A stretch of DNA of 64,000 nucleotides. Origin: Mobula hypostoma (taxonomy: Eukaryota). The position numbers and the translations under genes were made by a program. Shown piece after piece: positions 51,195 to 63,470 of this stretch (its first letter is position 1; each line of letters begins with the position of its first letter). The notes beneath the pieces are model-generated. The model worked only from the letters and a program-made list of their open reading frames with translations. It had not been told where the DNA came from and searched no databases. The stretch spans positions 38,132,001 to 38,196,000 of the forward strand of contig NC_086097.1 of the NCBI RefSeq assembly GCF_963921235.1, given 5' to 3'.

Positions 51195-52310
51195 TCAAGT
51201 TTTGCATTTTCTCTACAATTAGAAAATAGTCTACATTTTTATTCCTTCCAGCAAAGTACATATCTGTACACTTCCCCACATGAAATTCCATCTGCCATTT
51301 CTTTGGCCCATCACCCACCTGCTCAAATCCTTCTTGCTTCCTCAGCACCAACTGTCCCTCCGCCTCTCTTTGTATCATCCACACATGGGGCCACAAAGCC
51401 ATCAATTCCATCACCTCGATCATTACCATGTCATGTGAAAAGTAGCGGATCCAACACACACCCCTACAGAACACATCGAGTCACCAGCAGCCAACCAGAA
51501 AAGGCCCCGCTCTTTGTCTTCTGCCTGTCAGCCAATCCCTTATCCAAGTTACTATCTTTACTGTCATACCACGGGCTCCTATCTTGTTTAGCAGTCTCAT
51601 GCGTGGCACATTGTTAATTTCTCAAAGAATTCCAAAAGATTTGTCAAGTAAGATCTCTTTTTAAAGAAACCATGCTGACTTTGACCTATTTTATCATGTA
51701 TTTCCAAGTATCCTGAAACTGAATCCTTAATAATAAACTTGAAAATCTTGCCAACCACTGAAGTCTGGCTACCCAGTTTATAATTTCCCATCTTCCACTC
51801 TCCCTTCTTAAAGAGTGGAGTGATATTTATGATTTTCCAGTCCTCTGGAACCATTGCTTTCTAGTGATTCTTGAAAGAATACTACTAACGCCTTGAAAGT
51901 CTCTTCAGCTAGTTCTTTCAGAACCCTGATGTGTAGTCCATCCTGTTCAGGTGACTTATCTACCATCAGACCTTTCAGTTTCATAAGCACTTTCTCCTTA
52001 CTGTTAGCAACTACAATCACTTCTGACTGCTGACTCTTGGATTTCTGCCATGATACTGTTGTCTTCCACATTGAAGAATGACACAAAATACTGAGTTATT
52101 TAGCAACACACACAAAATGCTGGAAGACTCCTGAAGAAGGATCTCAGCCCAAGATGTCGACTGTTTATTCATTTTTATAGATGATGCATGACCTACTTTC
52201 TCCAGCGTTTTGTGCGTGTTGCTTTGGATTTCCAGCATCTGCAGAATTTCTTTGTCTATAACCTGCCATTCCTTTGTTGCTCATTACTATTTCTCCAGCT
52301 TCATTCCCCA
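51195..52310 (-). mobile_element. Decayed CR1 RT fragment containing a hammerhead-like mini-element (52102-52256)
   Basis: VPEDWK...PLFKKG, SQHGF, LTNLLEFFE and WQMEF motifs. Confidence 0.85.
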
Positions 52311-52316
52311 CATATT

Positions 52317-52865
52317 CAGACATCCCACCTCTGCTGGAAGTTCCGGGAGTCTCCCGCATATTAATAGTGGCTCCCTGATGCCCGCAAATTATATACAATG
52401 ACCTGGAAATTGATTTTTTTGAGAGCGAGTGTGAGAGAACGCGCGAGAAAGAGCGAGAGAGTAAGCACAAGAGCAAGAAAGCGAGCGCGAGACAGCGAGC
52501 GTGAGTGAGAGAGCAAGGGAAAGAGCGAGAGTGTTCCAAAAAAAGAAAATATGAAACGTACGTCACCGCAGACTACACTAAAGTGTACCCCTGCCTAATA
52601 GGGGTCAAAAATAATGACAGTGTTGCTCGCTGCACTGTTTGCAACAGTGACTTTTCTATTGCCATGGTGGGTTAAGACTGTAAAAGACATGTTGAGGTGA
52701 GTTTAACAGGTGTCATTTGTTCATTAGCATAGCTAACGTTATTTAAACTAGCTAGCTAGCTGCTAAGGAGCTACTCTATTGCAAATATCCCACCTCTCCT
52801 GGAAGTCTCCCGCAAATTGATGGTGCTACCCACCTGAAATGAGTTTTTGCAGGGTGGGATGTCTG
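52317..52865 (+). mobile_element. Non-autonomous hAT-like DNA transposon with a BED zinc-finger remnant
   Basis: Perfect 13-bp TIR cagacatcccacc/ggtgggatgtctg; 6-bp TSD catatt. The interior reads KRKYETY...ARCTVCNSDFSIA, then (after frameshifts) HGG..DCKRHVE, followed by gtgagt. Confidence 0.8.
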
Positions 52866-53029
52866 CATATTGCTCTGATGTCTGCTTACTTTGCTTTATG
52901 TGTAAACAAAAAGCAAAAAAACAAAAAAAATTGGAAATATTTGACTGCTGAGGCAAGGGAGTGGGGTGAAATGAATGTTGTAGGTTGGTGATCTTCCAAC
53001 AGAAACAAGGCAAATTAAGCAGTTTTAAG

Positions 53030-53486
53030 TGTCCCAACCACAGATTCTGCCACAGGATCTGGGCACCCAAGCAGGTGGGCTGTGGAGCAATGTTGGCAGT
53101 CACACCCATGAGTGTGCATGTTCCAGCCAATTAGTGTTTCATTATGGTGGTATTTAACACCCTTTCTCTCTTTTCAGTCTTGTCAAATCTTGACCAAAAG
53201 CACAGCCACCTCAATGTTCCCTGCTTACCTCTGTTCTTGTTCTGTGAAAGAAGACTACCATTTAGATTGACGCTATAAAGGAGTGGTGTTTATTTGGTGT
53301 TACGTACTGTCTCTGACCCGCAGTGTCAGCAGCAGCTTTCAGCTTGAGCGTTTCAGTTTGAGGCCTTGTTGGCCTAGCATTTTTTTTCCTTTAATTCTGT
53401 ACAGTTCTTATTATAAGTCAGTGAACTGTTCATCTGCTTCCGTGTCTATCCCTCTGCACTAGGACCAACACCACAAAACTCTGTCA
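53030..53486 (+). repeat. 5' LTR
   Basis: TG...CA termini; colinear with 57937-58389; TATA-like tatttaa at 53151. Confidence 0.85.
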
Positions 53487-55048
53487 GCAAGACTCAACCA
53501 CAAAATGGATCCAACGGAGAGAGAACAATCACCCATGGCCCTGACATTCATTGGTCAGAAAGTGGAGAAATTACAGTCAGTGGAGGCTCTGTTGGCAGAG
53601 GTGACTGGTGCAGTGCGACCACGACTCACGGAACGACAAGCCTGGGCAAAAACCCAAGTTCATGGAGGAGAAGCTAAAATCAGTAGAGACTGGATTGGCA
53701 GAAATGTCTCTTGCAGAACAACAACTACATTCAGAGCAGCAAGGACTGTTCAGCAACTCACTACGGATGGCCGGAATCAGGTGGCAGCCATTACTGCTCT
53801 CACGACTGCAGTTCAGCAGCTTACCACCAACAGCCAGAATCAGGTGGCAGCCATTACCACTCCCGCTGCACAATTCAGTAGACCTGCTAGGGCAGTCCCA
53901 CTCACATCCTCCTCTTCAACAGTCTCATCAGCCTCAGTCACTAATCTCCAGACTCCTATGACTGGGCCAGAACTGAGTATTCCTCCTCCAGGCAGATCAG
54001 TTCGGTGATGATGCATGGAAACAGACATGGTGAAGCTCTTAATCAGACCCCCACTTGACCTCTTCAACACTGTACAGAAACAAATTTCTCCTGCAGCCCC
54101 GACATAATAGCAATTTGTAGTAAGGTTCAAGAGAGTTTCTGATCTTACAGTACAGGGTCAGAAGGCTGCCCACCAGCTCTTGGGCCTGCACCAAGTAAAT
54201 GGGTCAGTGAGGGACTACACAGTGAAGTTCCACATGCTCGTGGTTAAGACTGGGTGGAATGAGAGATTCCTCACCACTGCCTTCCAGGGTGGGCTGAGCA
54301 CAAGATCACAGTGTGTTACAAGCAGGACAGCCTGGATGACCTGTTAAATCTGGCCAATTGAATTGACAACCGTGCAGCTGAGTGGGGCAGAGAAAGAATG
54401 TCCCAAGCTTCCTACTCCTTACTCCAGATCACCATGTGTCTTCACTCCCACCCCCCCATTACCCAGTGCACAGTCTCGGAGGAGCCTATGCAGGTGGGGT
54501 GTATGCACGTATATCAGGAGGAATGAGATTGATGCAGGAGAGCAGATTCCTACCTTTGCCGTGGCACTCCAGGATACTTCCAGGCATCATGTCCTAAGTG
54601 CCCAGTAAAAGAGGATAACTACCAGCAGTAGGGAGAATTCTGACAGGTCGATTCCCCCTGCAGGCATCTTACCCTAACTGTATAATGCTTCCTTGTTGTG
54701 GGTGCCTTGGACCCATGAGCTTCAGGCTCTTATTGACTTCAGGGTAGCCAAAAACCTCATGGATATCTCTCTGGCTCAAAGGTAGCGGGTTCTGACTCAG
54801 CCATTGAGGCAGGATAATGAATCATGGCTCCAGATGGTCATCCTTGAGGCAACAGCAAAGTCAGTCTCTCCATATAGCCCCTCCAACTCGTGCTATAAGG
54901 CAACTATCTCCTTCTACGTTGTTGATTCACCTGAGCTGCTGCTGGTGCTTGGCCTTCCCTGGCTATCTTGAATGCAACCCATGGAATGATTAGTCCTTAA
55001 AGTCACTCCAAGAGTGGAGACCAGCATGCCTGTCTACTTGTCTGAGTC

Positions 55049-55184
55049 CAACTTAAGCTCCTGTCAGTGTATCCCATGCCAACAACTCAAGCTCCTGTCA
55101 GTGTATCCCATGCCAACAACTCAAGCTCCTGTCAGTGTATCCCATGCCAACAACTCAAGCTCCTGTCAGTGTATCCCATGCCAA
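55049..55184 (+). repeat. Tandem repeat, 4 x 34 bp
   Basis: Unit caactcaagctcctgtcagtgtatcccatgccaa; one mismatch, in unit 1. Confidence 0.97.
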
Positions 55185-55940
55185 CTGCTAGTGTCAACCT
55201 GTCTCGTTTCTGACTGAATATGTTGACCTTCTTGAGGTCTTCAGTAAGAAGGCGGCCACCTCCCTGCCACCACACTGGCCATATGACTGCACCATTGACC
55301 TCTTACCCAGTACTAGTCCTCCACAGAATGGCTCTTCTCCCTCCCTTGTCCTGAATTGATGGCAATGGAAGTGTATTTCAAGAAAGCATTGACCTTAGTA
55401 TTTATCCATCTGTCAACCTCACCAGTGGGGGAGGGGTGTCTTTTTTGTGAGCAAGCGCTGTTGATTATTGATTATTGGCCTCTCAATAACATCACGGTGA
55501 AGAACTACTATCCTCTGCCCTTGCTTGCTTCTGCAAGCAGCAACTGTATTTTCCAAGATTGATCTGTGCAATGCTGACAATCTGTTTCGTATCCGAGAAG
55601 GAGCTGAATAAAAGACAGCACTCAACACCTCCACTAGCCACTATGAATACCAACTGATGCCACTTGGTCTGGCCAACACCTTTGCTGTTTTTCAAGCCCA
55701 GGTCAGCGACGTGCTCCGGGACGTATTGAATTAATTTGTTTTTGTGTATCTGGATGACATTCTTATTTATTCCCGCTGTCACCAGGAACAAGTCCAACAT
55801 GCCTGGAGGATTCTCAGGCGACTCCTCAAGAATAAACTTTGTGCCGAGCTAGAGAAGTTGAATTCTATAGCAAGCAGTGGTCATTCTTGGGCCATATCCT
55901 CACCCCTTCCAGTACTCAAACGAAGCTATGTGAAGTCCAG

Positions 55941-56015
55941 CCCAAAACGTCACCTGTACTCTTTTCCGCAGATGCTGCCTGGCCTGCTGAGTTCTTCCAG
56001 CATTTTGTGTGTGTT
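55941..56015 (+). mobile_element. Short Penelope-terminus mini-element inside Gypsy pol
   Basis: 16-bp TSD with two mismatches, gctatgtgaagtccag / gctgtgtgaagttcag (55925-55940, 56016-56031). Confidence 0.8.
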
Positions 56016-57936
56016 GCTGTGTGAAGTTCAGTCTGTCACAGAGTGGCCCAATCCATATACAGTCAGACAGGTGAGAGGCTTCGTGGGATTTGCAAACTTT
56101 TATCACTGCTTCATCAGAAACTTCAGTTCCACTGCAGGCCCCATAAATGGAGTTGCCAAGAAGACCTCTGCAGGACTCCTATCGGCAAGCGAAGCAGACC
56201 AAGCATTCTCAGAACTAAAGCCACATTTCACCTCTGCCCCAGTGCTGCAGCATCCAGACCCTTCCCATCCATTCATCATCACATCTGGTTCATCAGATGT
56301 CAGCATTGGACTGTACCTCCCAGCACTCTTCCATGGATAACTGGCTGCACACCTGTGCCTTTCTTTCCTGTTCCTTGATTCCTGCTGAGAGTACAGAAAC
56401 TACGATGTCAGAAACCGAGACGTCTGGCTGCCAGGAGGTTGGCGACGCTGGCTGAAGGGGACAAAGCACCCCTTTCTGGTATGGACTGATCACAAGAGAA
56501 TCTCCTACATCCATAACGTCAAGAGACTCAACTCCTGCCAAGCCCAGTTTAATGTCACCTTCACCTACCTTCCTGGCAGTAAGAATACTAAGATCAAAAC
56601 TCTCTCTGAGGATAACAGTATTCCAGAGACCATCTTTCCTCACTCATACAGAGGGAGAGGTGGGAGCTGCCCAAGTGTCAGATCCAGGCCAGGTACGGGA
56701 CCTCCCAACTGGCTGTTTTCCCTGCCACTACACACCCCGTGGAGTGGGGTTACTCTTCCCCTCTGGTTGGCCATTTGGGGATTCAACAAACCCTGAAATT
56801 CATAAAGAGATTGTTTTGTTGGAGATCCATGATTTTGTTTCTGCCTGTCTTGTGCTCAGAAAAACCACATCACATCAGCTAGTCTGTTCTGTCCGTTGCC
56901 TGAGCCTCACTGGCCCTAGTCGTGCCTTTCGATGGATTTCATCACTCTTCTGCCCCCATGAGATGGATTCTGAAGGTGGTAGACTGGTTCTCCAAGGCTG
57001 CCCATTTCATTGCTTTCCCCAAGCTCCTGTCAGCTTGTGAGACTGCCACCCTCATGGTTCAGCACGTTGTTAGGCACACAGCTTCCCTCAGGACATAGTG
57101 TTAGATCAAGGACCACAGTTCACATCCCATTTTTGGAAGACTTTCTGTTCTCCTGTAGGAGCCACGCCCAGCCTCTAATCTGGTTTCCACCCCCAGTCTA
57201 ATGGCCAGACTGAGAAAGTGCATCAGGAGCTGACAACCCTACACTGCCTTGTCTCTTCCAACCCCACGTCCTGGAGCTCCCAGCTAGTTGAGATTGCCCA
57301 CAATAACCTCCAACGCCCTCCACTAGCATGCCAAAAGGGATTTCAGTCACCACTCTTCCTTGAACAAGAGACTGATGTGGGGTTCCTTCTATCGAACAGT
57401 TGATCTAGCACTAACAGTGCATATAGAGAGAGGCCACGTCTTCTCTGCTGCATGCTCAGAAGCAATATGGCCGTGAGCTTGATCGGCTCTACTGATAGCT
57501 GACAAGCCATGGGAGAAAGTCTGACTGGCATCTGCAGATCTTCATCTGGAGTTGAGAGCTACAAGTTTGCCCCATGCTATGTGAGACCATTCGCAATGGA
57601 GAAGGCTGTCAACAGAGTCTCGTATAGATTGCGCCTACCATCATCAATGAATATCCACGTTTCCCAGCTCAAGCCCATGACTTCCTTCCCTCTTGTCCCA
57701 GTCACATCCCCACTCCTCCACACTTGGTGGATGGGTCCCTGGGCCATTCTGTGCAGTGCCTCTTGGCAAAATGCCCAGTGAGGGGCAGAGTCCAGTTTCT
57801 CGTGAACTGGGGGGGAAATTCTTGAGGAACACCCTTGGGTTCTGGCCCATGACATCCTGGAGAAGTCTCTAAACTGGGACTTCCAGTGGGAACAGGTTTC
57901 TGGTGCATGTGGAGCTGTGCCTCGGGAGGGGAGCCC

Positions 57937-58389
57937 TAGCACAACCATGGACTCTGCCATAGGGTCTGGGTGCCCCCGCAGGCGGGCTGCGGGGCAGTGT
58001 CAGCAAACACACTCATGAGTATGCACCTTCCAACAAGCGAGTGTTTCATTGTGGTGGCGTTTAACTCCCTTCCTCTCGTTTCAGTCTCGTTGAGTATTAA
58101 CCAAAAGCACGGCAATGTCAATGCTCCCTGCTTACCTTTGTCCTTGTTCCAGAAAGAAGGCTACCATTTAGATTGACACTGTAAAAGGAGCTTTCTTTAT
58201 TTAGTGTCAGTTACTGAGCTGCAGTGTAGGGAGTTTTAATTTAACTCAGCATGAGGGTTTTAGTTGGTGGTCCTGTTGGCCTAGTGTTTACTGTTTTTCC
58301 TTTAACTCTGCACAGATCTTAGTAAAAGTCAGTGAACTGTTCAATCCGCTTCAGTGTCTCAATTGGGCCATCACCACTCAACTCTATCA
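57937..58389 (+). repeat. 3' LTR
   Basis: Follows the polypurine tract; diverged direct repeat of 53030-53486; ends in CA. Confidence 0.85.
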
Positions 58390-58465
58390 GGACGTTTAAG
58401 AAAAGGGAATGAAAACTCAGAGTCTGATAGAGCAGAGACCAGGAGGGACTGAATGATACAAAGAT

Positions 58466-58663
58466 TTCACCTGGAACCTACCAGCCTTCTCCTTCCCACC
58501 CTCCCCCCACCTTCTTTATAGGGCACCTGCCCCCTGCCTCTTCAGTCCTGATGAAGGGTCTCAGCCCGAAACGCTGACTGTTCGTTTCCACGGATGTTGC
58601 CCGACCTGCTGAGTTCCACCAGCGTGTTGCTTTGACCCCAGCATCTGCAGAGTATTTTGTGGT
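58466..58663 (+). mobile_element. Longer Penelope-terminus insertion with the complete hammerhead-like fold (58543-58580)
   Basis: TSD tacaaagat (58457-58465, 58664-58672). CAGTC CTGATGA A GGG TCTCAG CCC GAAA CGCT GACTG; the cleavage triplet is mutated. Confidence 0.85.
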
Positions 58664-59659
58664 TACAAAGATGGTGGTGCTAGCAGTGAGAGAGCAGTGA
58701 AGCCTTGTTAATCCAGAAGTAGCTAACTGTGCTGCAGGGGATACAATGAGAGGGAGATGAATAAAGTCAAAGAGAAAAGAAAAAAAATACTGGAGATTGG
58801 ATCAGAAAACATTGTCGTTGCTGAAAATCAGAACATAGAATAGTACTGCACAGAATAGGCCCTTTAGCCCACAACGTTGTGCCGACCTTTTAATTTACAC
58901 TAAGATCAATCTAACCCTTCCCTCATACATAGCCCTCTATTTTCTATATCCATGTGCTTATCTAAGAGTTTCTTAAATGCCTCTAAAGTATTTGCCTCTA
59001 TCACCATTCCTGACATCTGTGAAAAAAGAAAACTTAGGTTAATATTACAGGTTGAATTCAACAGTTTCAGATAACCAGCCTTCCAGTTTGTGCCAAGATT
59101 AGCTAGGTCTGATGAAAAGTCTTCAACCTGTAACATAAACTTAGTTTCTCTCTCCCCACAGGTGCTACCTAGTACAGATGAGGCTTAAGGTTAAAACGTA
59201 ACTTGCCCTTTAGCCTTCTAGCTGATTTGCAAACCAAAAGCTGGCCACAACCAACTTCTACCACAAAGTCACTTGGTAAAATATTGTTATATTTTGTATA
59301 TTTATTTATATTTGATGATATGAAAAGGAATGAGATGAGATGAGATTTACTTCTCTTGTTCAGCCACATGGGGATGCTGTGAGCGCATAGATCATAAAGC
59401 AAGGGTATCAATAAATTAATCCCTGCAATATAGAGATACACCAGCTGGCATACTTTATCTCCAAAATCCAATGCATTAACTTCAGCAGAAGGAATTTTGG
59501 AAGTCGGATTCTACACACTGGCCCTACTATGACACTAGGAATGAAGAAGAAATGTTTAAGAATCACTAGTGTATTCAAATCAAATATTAAGCTTTATAAT
59601 TTTGAAGTTCAGCACTGATGTAATGGCTAATGATAATCACCTGAGGATAATGCCCAAAT

Positions 59660-60305
59660 CACAGCCTGGTTGGAAACACAAATGCCTCTTGAATGAGCAA
59701 TCCTAGAAAAAGTAGTGGGTGCACCCCAGTCCATCATGGGTAAGGTCTCCCCCTGCCCCCACCACCATTGAGCACATCTGCATGTAACATTGTTGTAGGA
59801 ATGTAACGTCCATCATCAAGGACCCCCTCCCACCCAGGTAAATCTCTCTTCTCCCTACTGCTATCAGGAAGAAGAAGTATAGGAGCCTCAGGACCCACAC
59901 CACCAGGATTAGGAACAGTTATTACACCTCAACCATCAGCTCTTGAACCAAGGGGGATAACTTCACTTACCCATCACTGAAATGTTCCCACAACCTATGG
60001 ACTCACTTTCAAGGACCATTTGTCTCAAATTCTTGATATTTATTGCTTGCTTGTTTATTTACTTATTCATACATCTATTTGTCAATTAATTAATTATTTG
60101 ATTGATTGATTTTTTTTTTCTTTTTGTATTTGTCATTTGTTGTCTTTTGCACACTGATTGTCCACCCCATTGGTGCTGTCTTTCATTGATTCTATTATGG
60201 TTATTGGATTTATTGAGTATGCCCAGAAGAAAATGAATCACATGGTTGTATATGGTGACATATGTTTACTTCCATAATAAATTTACTTTGAACTTCTGAA
60301 CTTTG
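59660..60305 (+). mobile_element. Old Rex1-like 3' fragment
   Basis: atcatcaaggacccc..cacccagg and aggaacagttatt..cctcaaccatcag coding remnants, and a 3' UTR ending aataaatttactttgaactt. Confidence 0.75.
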
Positions 60306-60313
60306 AATTCTTA

Positions 60314-60703
60314 TGTCATGGTCCCTTCTGGCAATCCCCCACCTTGCTATTTACCACAGGAACTGGGCCTCAATCACCTCATTTAATTTCCAATCATTCC
60401 CAGGTTCCACTAACTACACACACCTGCTTCCCATCAGAGACTGCAGGATAAAGACCCTGTGATCACAACAAGGAACTGTCAGTTTGTTTGGTCGACTCGT
60501 GTATGAGTAACCTCGTTCCATGCTTCTTAGGACTATCAGTTCTAAGTCTAGCATCGTTCCTGAATTCGCTACTAAAACCAAGACCCCTGGTAAAGACTCT
60601 TGGACGCCAATTCCACGCTCACTACGACCGTAATGCCTCCCGACTCGGCCTCCGCGCCCGTGTTCAGCACTTGGGTTCGTTCCACTGCCACGTCCTTGCA
60701 ACA
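60314..60703 (+). mobile_element. Solo LTR (390 bp), probably Gypsy
   Basis: TGTCA...GCAACA termini, 5-bp TSD tctta/tcttg, gcacttgggt near the 3' end. Confidence 0.75.
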
Positions 60704-61087
60704 TCTTGCCTTCTCCCTTAACCCTTAATGCCCTTACTAATCAAGAACCTATCAACCTCTGCTTAAAATTACCAATGACTTGACATCCTTAGATGTCTGT
60801 GTCAAAGAATTCTACAGATTCACCACCCTCTGGCTAAAGAAATGCCTCCTCATCTCTATCTAAAGGGACATCCTTCTATTCTGAGGCTGTGCCTTCTGGT
60901 CCTAGACTCTCTGACTACAGGAACCATCCTCTTCAAGTCAATTCTTTTTAAGCCTTTCAATATTAGATTGTTTTCAATTAGATTCCCAACCATTTTTCTA
61001 AACTCCAGTAAATACAGACCCAGAGCTATTAAGCACTCCTCATAAGATTAGCCTTTCTTTCTCAAGATCAGGAGTGAAGTTTAATTA

Positions 61088-61790
61088 GAAACACAAGAAA
61101 TTCTTCAGATGCTGGAAATCCAAAGCAACACAAACAAAACACTGGAGAAATTCAGCAGGTCAAATGGCATTGCTGGAAACTGTCGATGCTTGAGTCCAAG
61201 ACCCTTCTTCAGGACGGGAAAGGAAGGGGTAAGACACCAGAATAAAAAGTTGGGGAGGGAGAAGAAGAAGAATAGCTAGAAGATGATAGGTGAAGCCAGG
61301 TAGGTAGGAAAGATAAAGGACTGGAAAAGAAAGAACCTGACAGGAGAAGAGAGTGGACCATAGGAGGAAGAGAAGGAGGAGATGCAAGGGAATGTGATAG
61401 GCAGGTGAGGTAAGAGGCCAAAATGGGAATAGAAGAAGAGGGGAGGGGGAGGGGAATACTTTTTTTTTACCAGAAGGAGAAATCGATATTCATGCCATGA
61501 AGTTGGAGGCTATCCGGACAGAATAGAAGATATTGCTTCTTCACACTGAGAATGGCCTCATCTTTGTACAAGAGAAACCATGTACTAACATGTCCAGGTG
61601 GGAATGGGAATCAAAATTAAAATGTTTGGCCACCGCGAAATTGGCTTTTGGCAGGTGAGTGGAGGCGCTTGATGAAGCAGTCCCCCAATATACGATGGGT
61701 CTCACTGTTGTAGAGGCGGTTGCATCAGGAACACCAGACACAATAGATGGCCCCAGCAGATTCACAGGTGAAATGTTTACTCACCTGGAA
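61088..61790 (-). mobile_element. Penelope 3' fragment (GIY-YIG end, 3' UTR, degenerate hammerhead terminus)
   Basis: VAKHFNFDSHSH motif; colinear with 18244-18450 plus 24761-25240. Confidence 0.85.
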
Positions 61791-62164
61791 GAACAGTTAA
61801 TTTGATTGTGAGAGTAAAATCCAGGAGAGAGGGGAATAGCAGGAGTTTAAACTTGGAAGGATAGGGGCATGTAACAATATTATGGAGATGGGGAGAGGGT
61901 TTATTTAAAATTGCTTGTCCACCCTGCTGAGATTAATTACCTTTTTAAGTTGAAAGAACTTTAGGGTTACTGCTGATTAAAAGCACTCTCAGCGACCCCG
62001 AACCATAATATTCCATATAGTATGTGGTCAATCAACCAAATTAACTATTCATATTTTACTTTCTCATTGTTCTTCCCAGAGCTACTGACAGGGGCCTAGA
62101 AAATCCAACTGGCAACGGAAATGTTAGAAATCAGAAATTACACTCATGACTTTAATTTTTTTCT

Positions 62165-62445
62165 TTATTTAGTGCAGGAGTTGGGCACAAATGGCAAGAC
62201 AAAGCAAATTTTTTTTTCCTTCTGAGACTTGAGGCCATTCATTTCTGTCAATGCACATTTAGATCACCCAAGGTAAAGATGGCAGATTTTGTTTTCTATA
62301 GGATATTAGTGAACCAAATGATTTACTTTTACTGTAATTTGGTATTTGGTATTTTCACAGTAGTTTACCAGTACTGATTTTAAGTTTTCATTGTAGTTTT
62401 ATTTAATTAATTCAAATTCCCCGGCTGTCAATGTAGGATTCAAAC
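62165..62445 (-). mobile_element. Degenerate tRNA-derived SINE
   Basis: ggattcaaac (reverse B box) at about 62436 and ggtaaagatggcagattt...attagtgaacca body; family not assigned. Confidence 0.5.
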
Positions 62446-62940
62446 TGAAATCTGTGAGCCATTCATCAAGGAGGGAAGTACAGACAAAATCAGGTGAGAG
62501 GGAAGATGGGTGGCGGAGGGGAAATGAGGTGAGAAGGTGGAAACTGCTAGGTGGAAGAGGTAAAGAAGAAGGAATCTGATAGGAGAGGAGAGTGGAGCAA
62601 TGAAGAAGGGAAGGAGGAGAGACACCAGAAGGAGGAGAGGGGCAGGTGAGGTGGAGAGAAAAGGCCAGAATAGGGAATTGAAAGAGAAAGGGGAGAGAAA
62701 AGAACTACAGTAAATCAATGTTCATGCTGTCAGATTGGAGGATGCTGAGATGGAGTATGAGGTGCTGCTCCTCCAACCTGACAGTGGCCTTATCATGGCA
62801 GTAGAGGTGGTCATAGACTGACATGTCAGAATTGGAATTGTAAGTAGAATTAAAAAGGGTGGCCACCACAAAACCTCATCTTTTGTGATGGATGGATGGA
62901 GCAAAGGTGCTCAATGAAGCAGTCCTTTGTCAAGCACCTT
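62446..62940 (-). mobile_element. Older Penelope 3' fragment
   Basis: Similar to 24761-25130 and 61210-61680 (purine-rich UTR, GIY-YIG end). Confidence 0.75.
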
Positions 62941-63239
62941 AACTAAGGGAAAATTTCCAGAAAATTGCAGGGAGTATTATATAGTCACAAATTAGGCAGT
63001 TAATATCAATTTCAGCCACTTACAGTAACATGGACATGACTATAGCCACTAATGACACCATCCCAAAATGACACCAGTAATAACAGAATACACTATATAC
63101 TGGTCCAGGAAATCTCTCAAGCAGCAGGAAGAAGCATCATTAATCCATCTCCAATCACTTATCAGAAGAACTACGTTTTGAGCAAGCAACTCTTTGACTT
63201 TTCCCATGCCTTCACAAGTAGATGCAACTTGAAACTCGG

Positions 63240-63470
63240 TCATAGAACACTACAGCACAGACACCAGTCTATCTCGTCCATGCCTAGTCCCATCGACCTA
63301 CACCGAGACCATAGCCCTCCACACCCCTCTCATCTATATATCTATCCAAATTTCTCTTGTGTTGAAATCAAACCCAAATCCACCACTTCCACTGACAGTT
63401 CATTCCATACCCTCACCACCTGAGTGAAGAAGTTTCCCCGTGAGTTCCCCTTAAATATTTCACATTTCAC
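63240..63470 (-). mobile_element. CR1 3' terminal fragment
   Basis: catagaacactacagcacaga tail, colinear with 3930-4180. Confidence 0.75.

Larger units (their letters stand above)
53030..58389 (+). mobile_element. Decayed Ty3/Gypsy LTR retrotransposon (chromovirus, sushi-like)
   Basis: Paired LTRs; gag ATG at 53505; protease-like ALID; RT YLDDILIYS; RGFVGFANFY; RNase H TDH; integrase SNGQTE; chromodomain-like QFLVNW....EE..WV.A.DI; polypurine tract gggagggga before the 3' LTR. Confidence 0.92.

Noticed and set aside
51069..51617. 182-aa ORF
   Set aside because: Antisense reading of CR1 RT joined to a LINE 3' UTR.
55049..55184. CRISPR-like 34-bp repeats
   Set aside because: The units are contiguous with no spacers, there are no cas genes, and the context is eukaryotic.
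59100..59170. Another hammerhead-like segment (ctgatgaaaagtcttcaacctgtaac)
   Set aside because: Too degenerate (no GAAA box, no clear TSD) to count as a supported copy; the same applies to 37325-37400.
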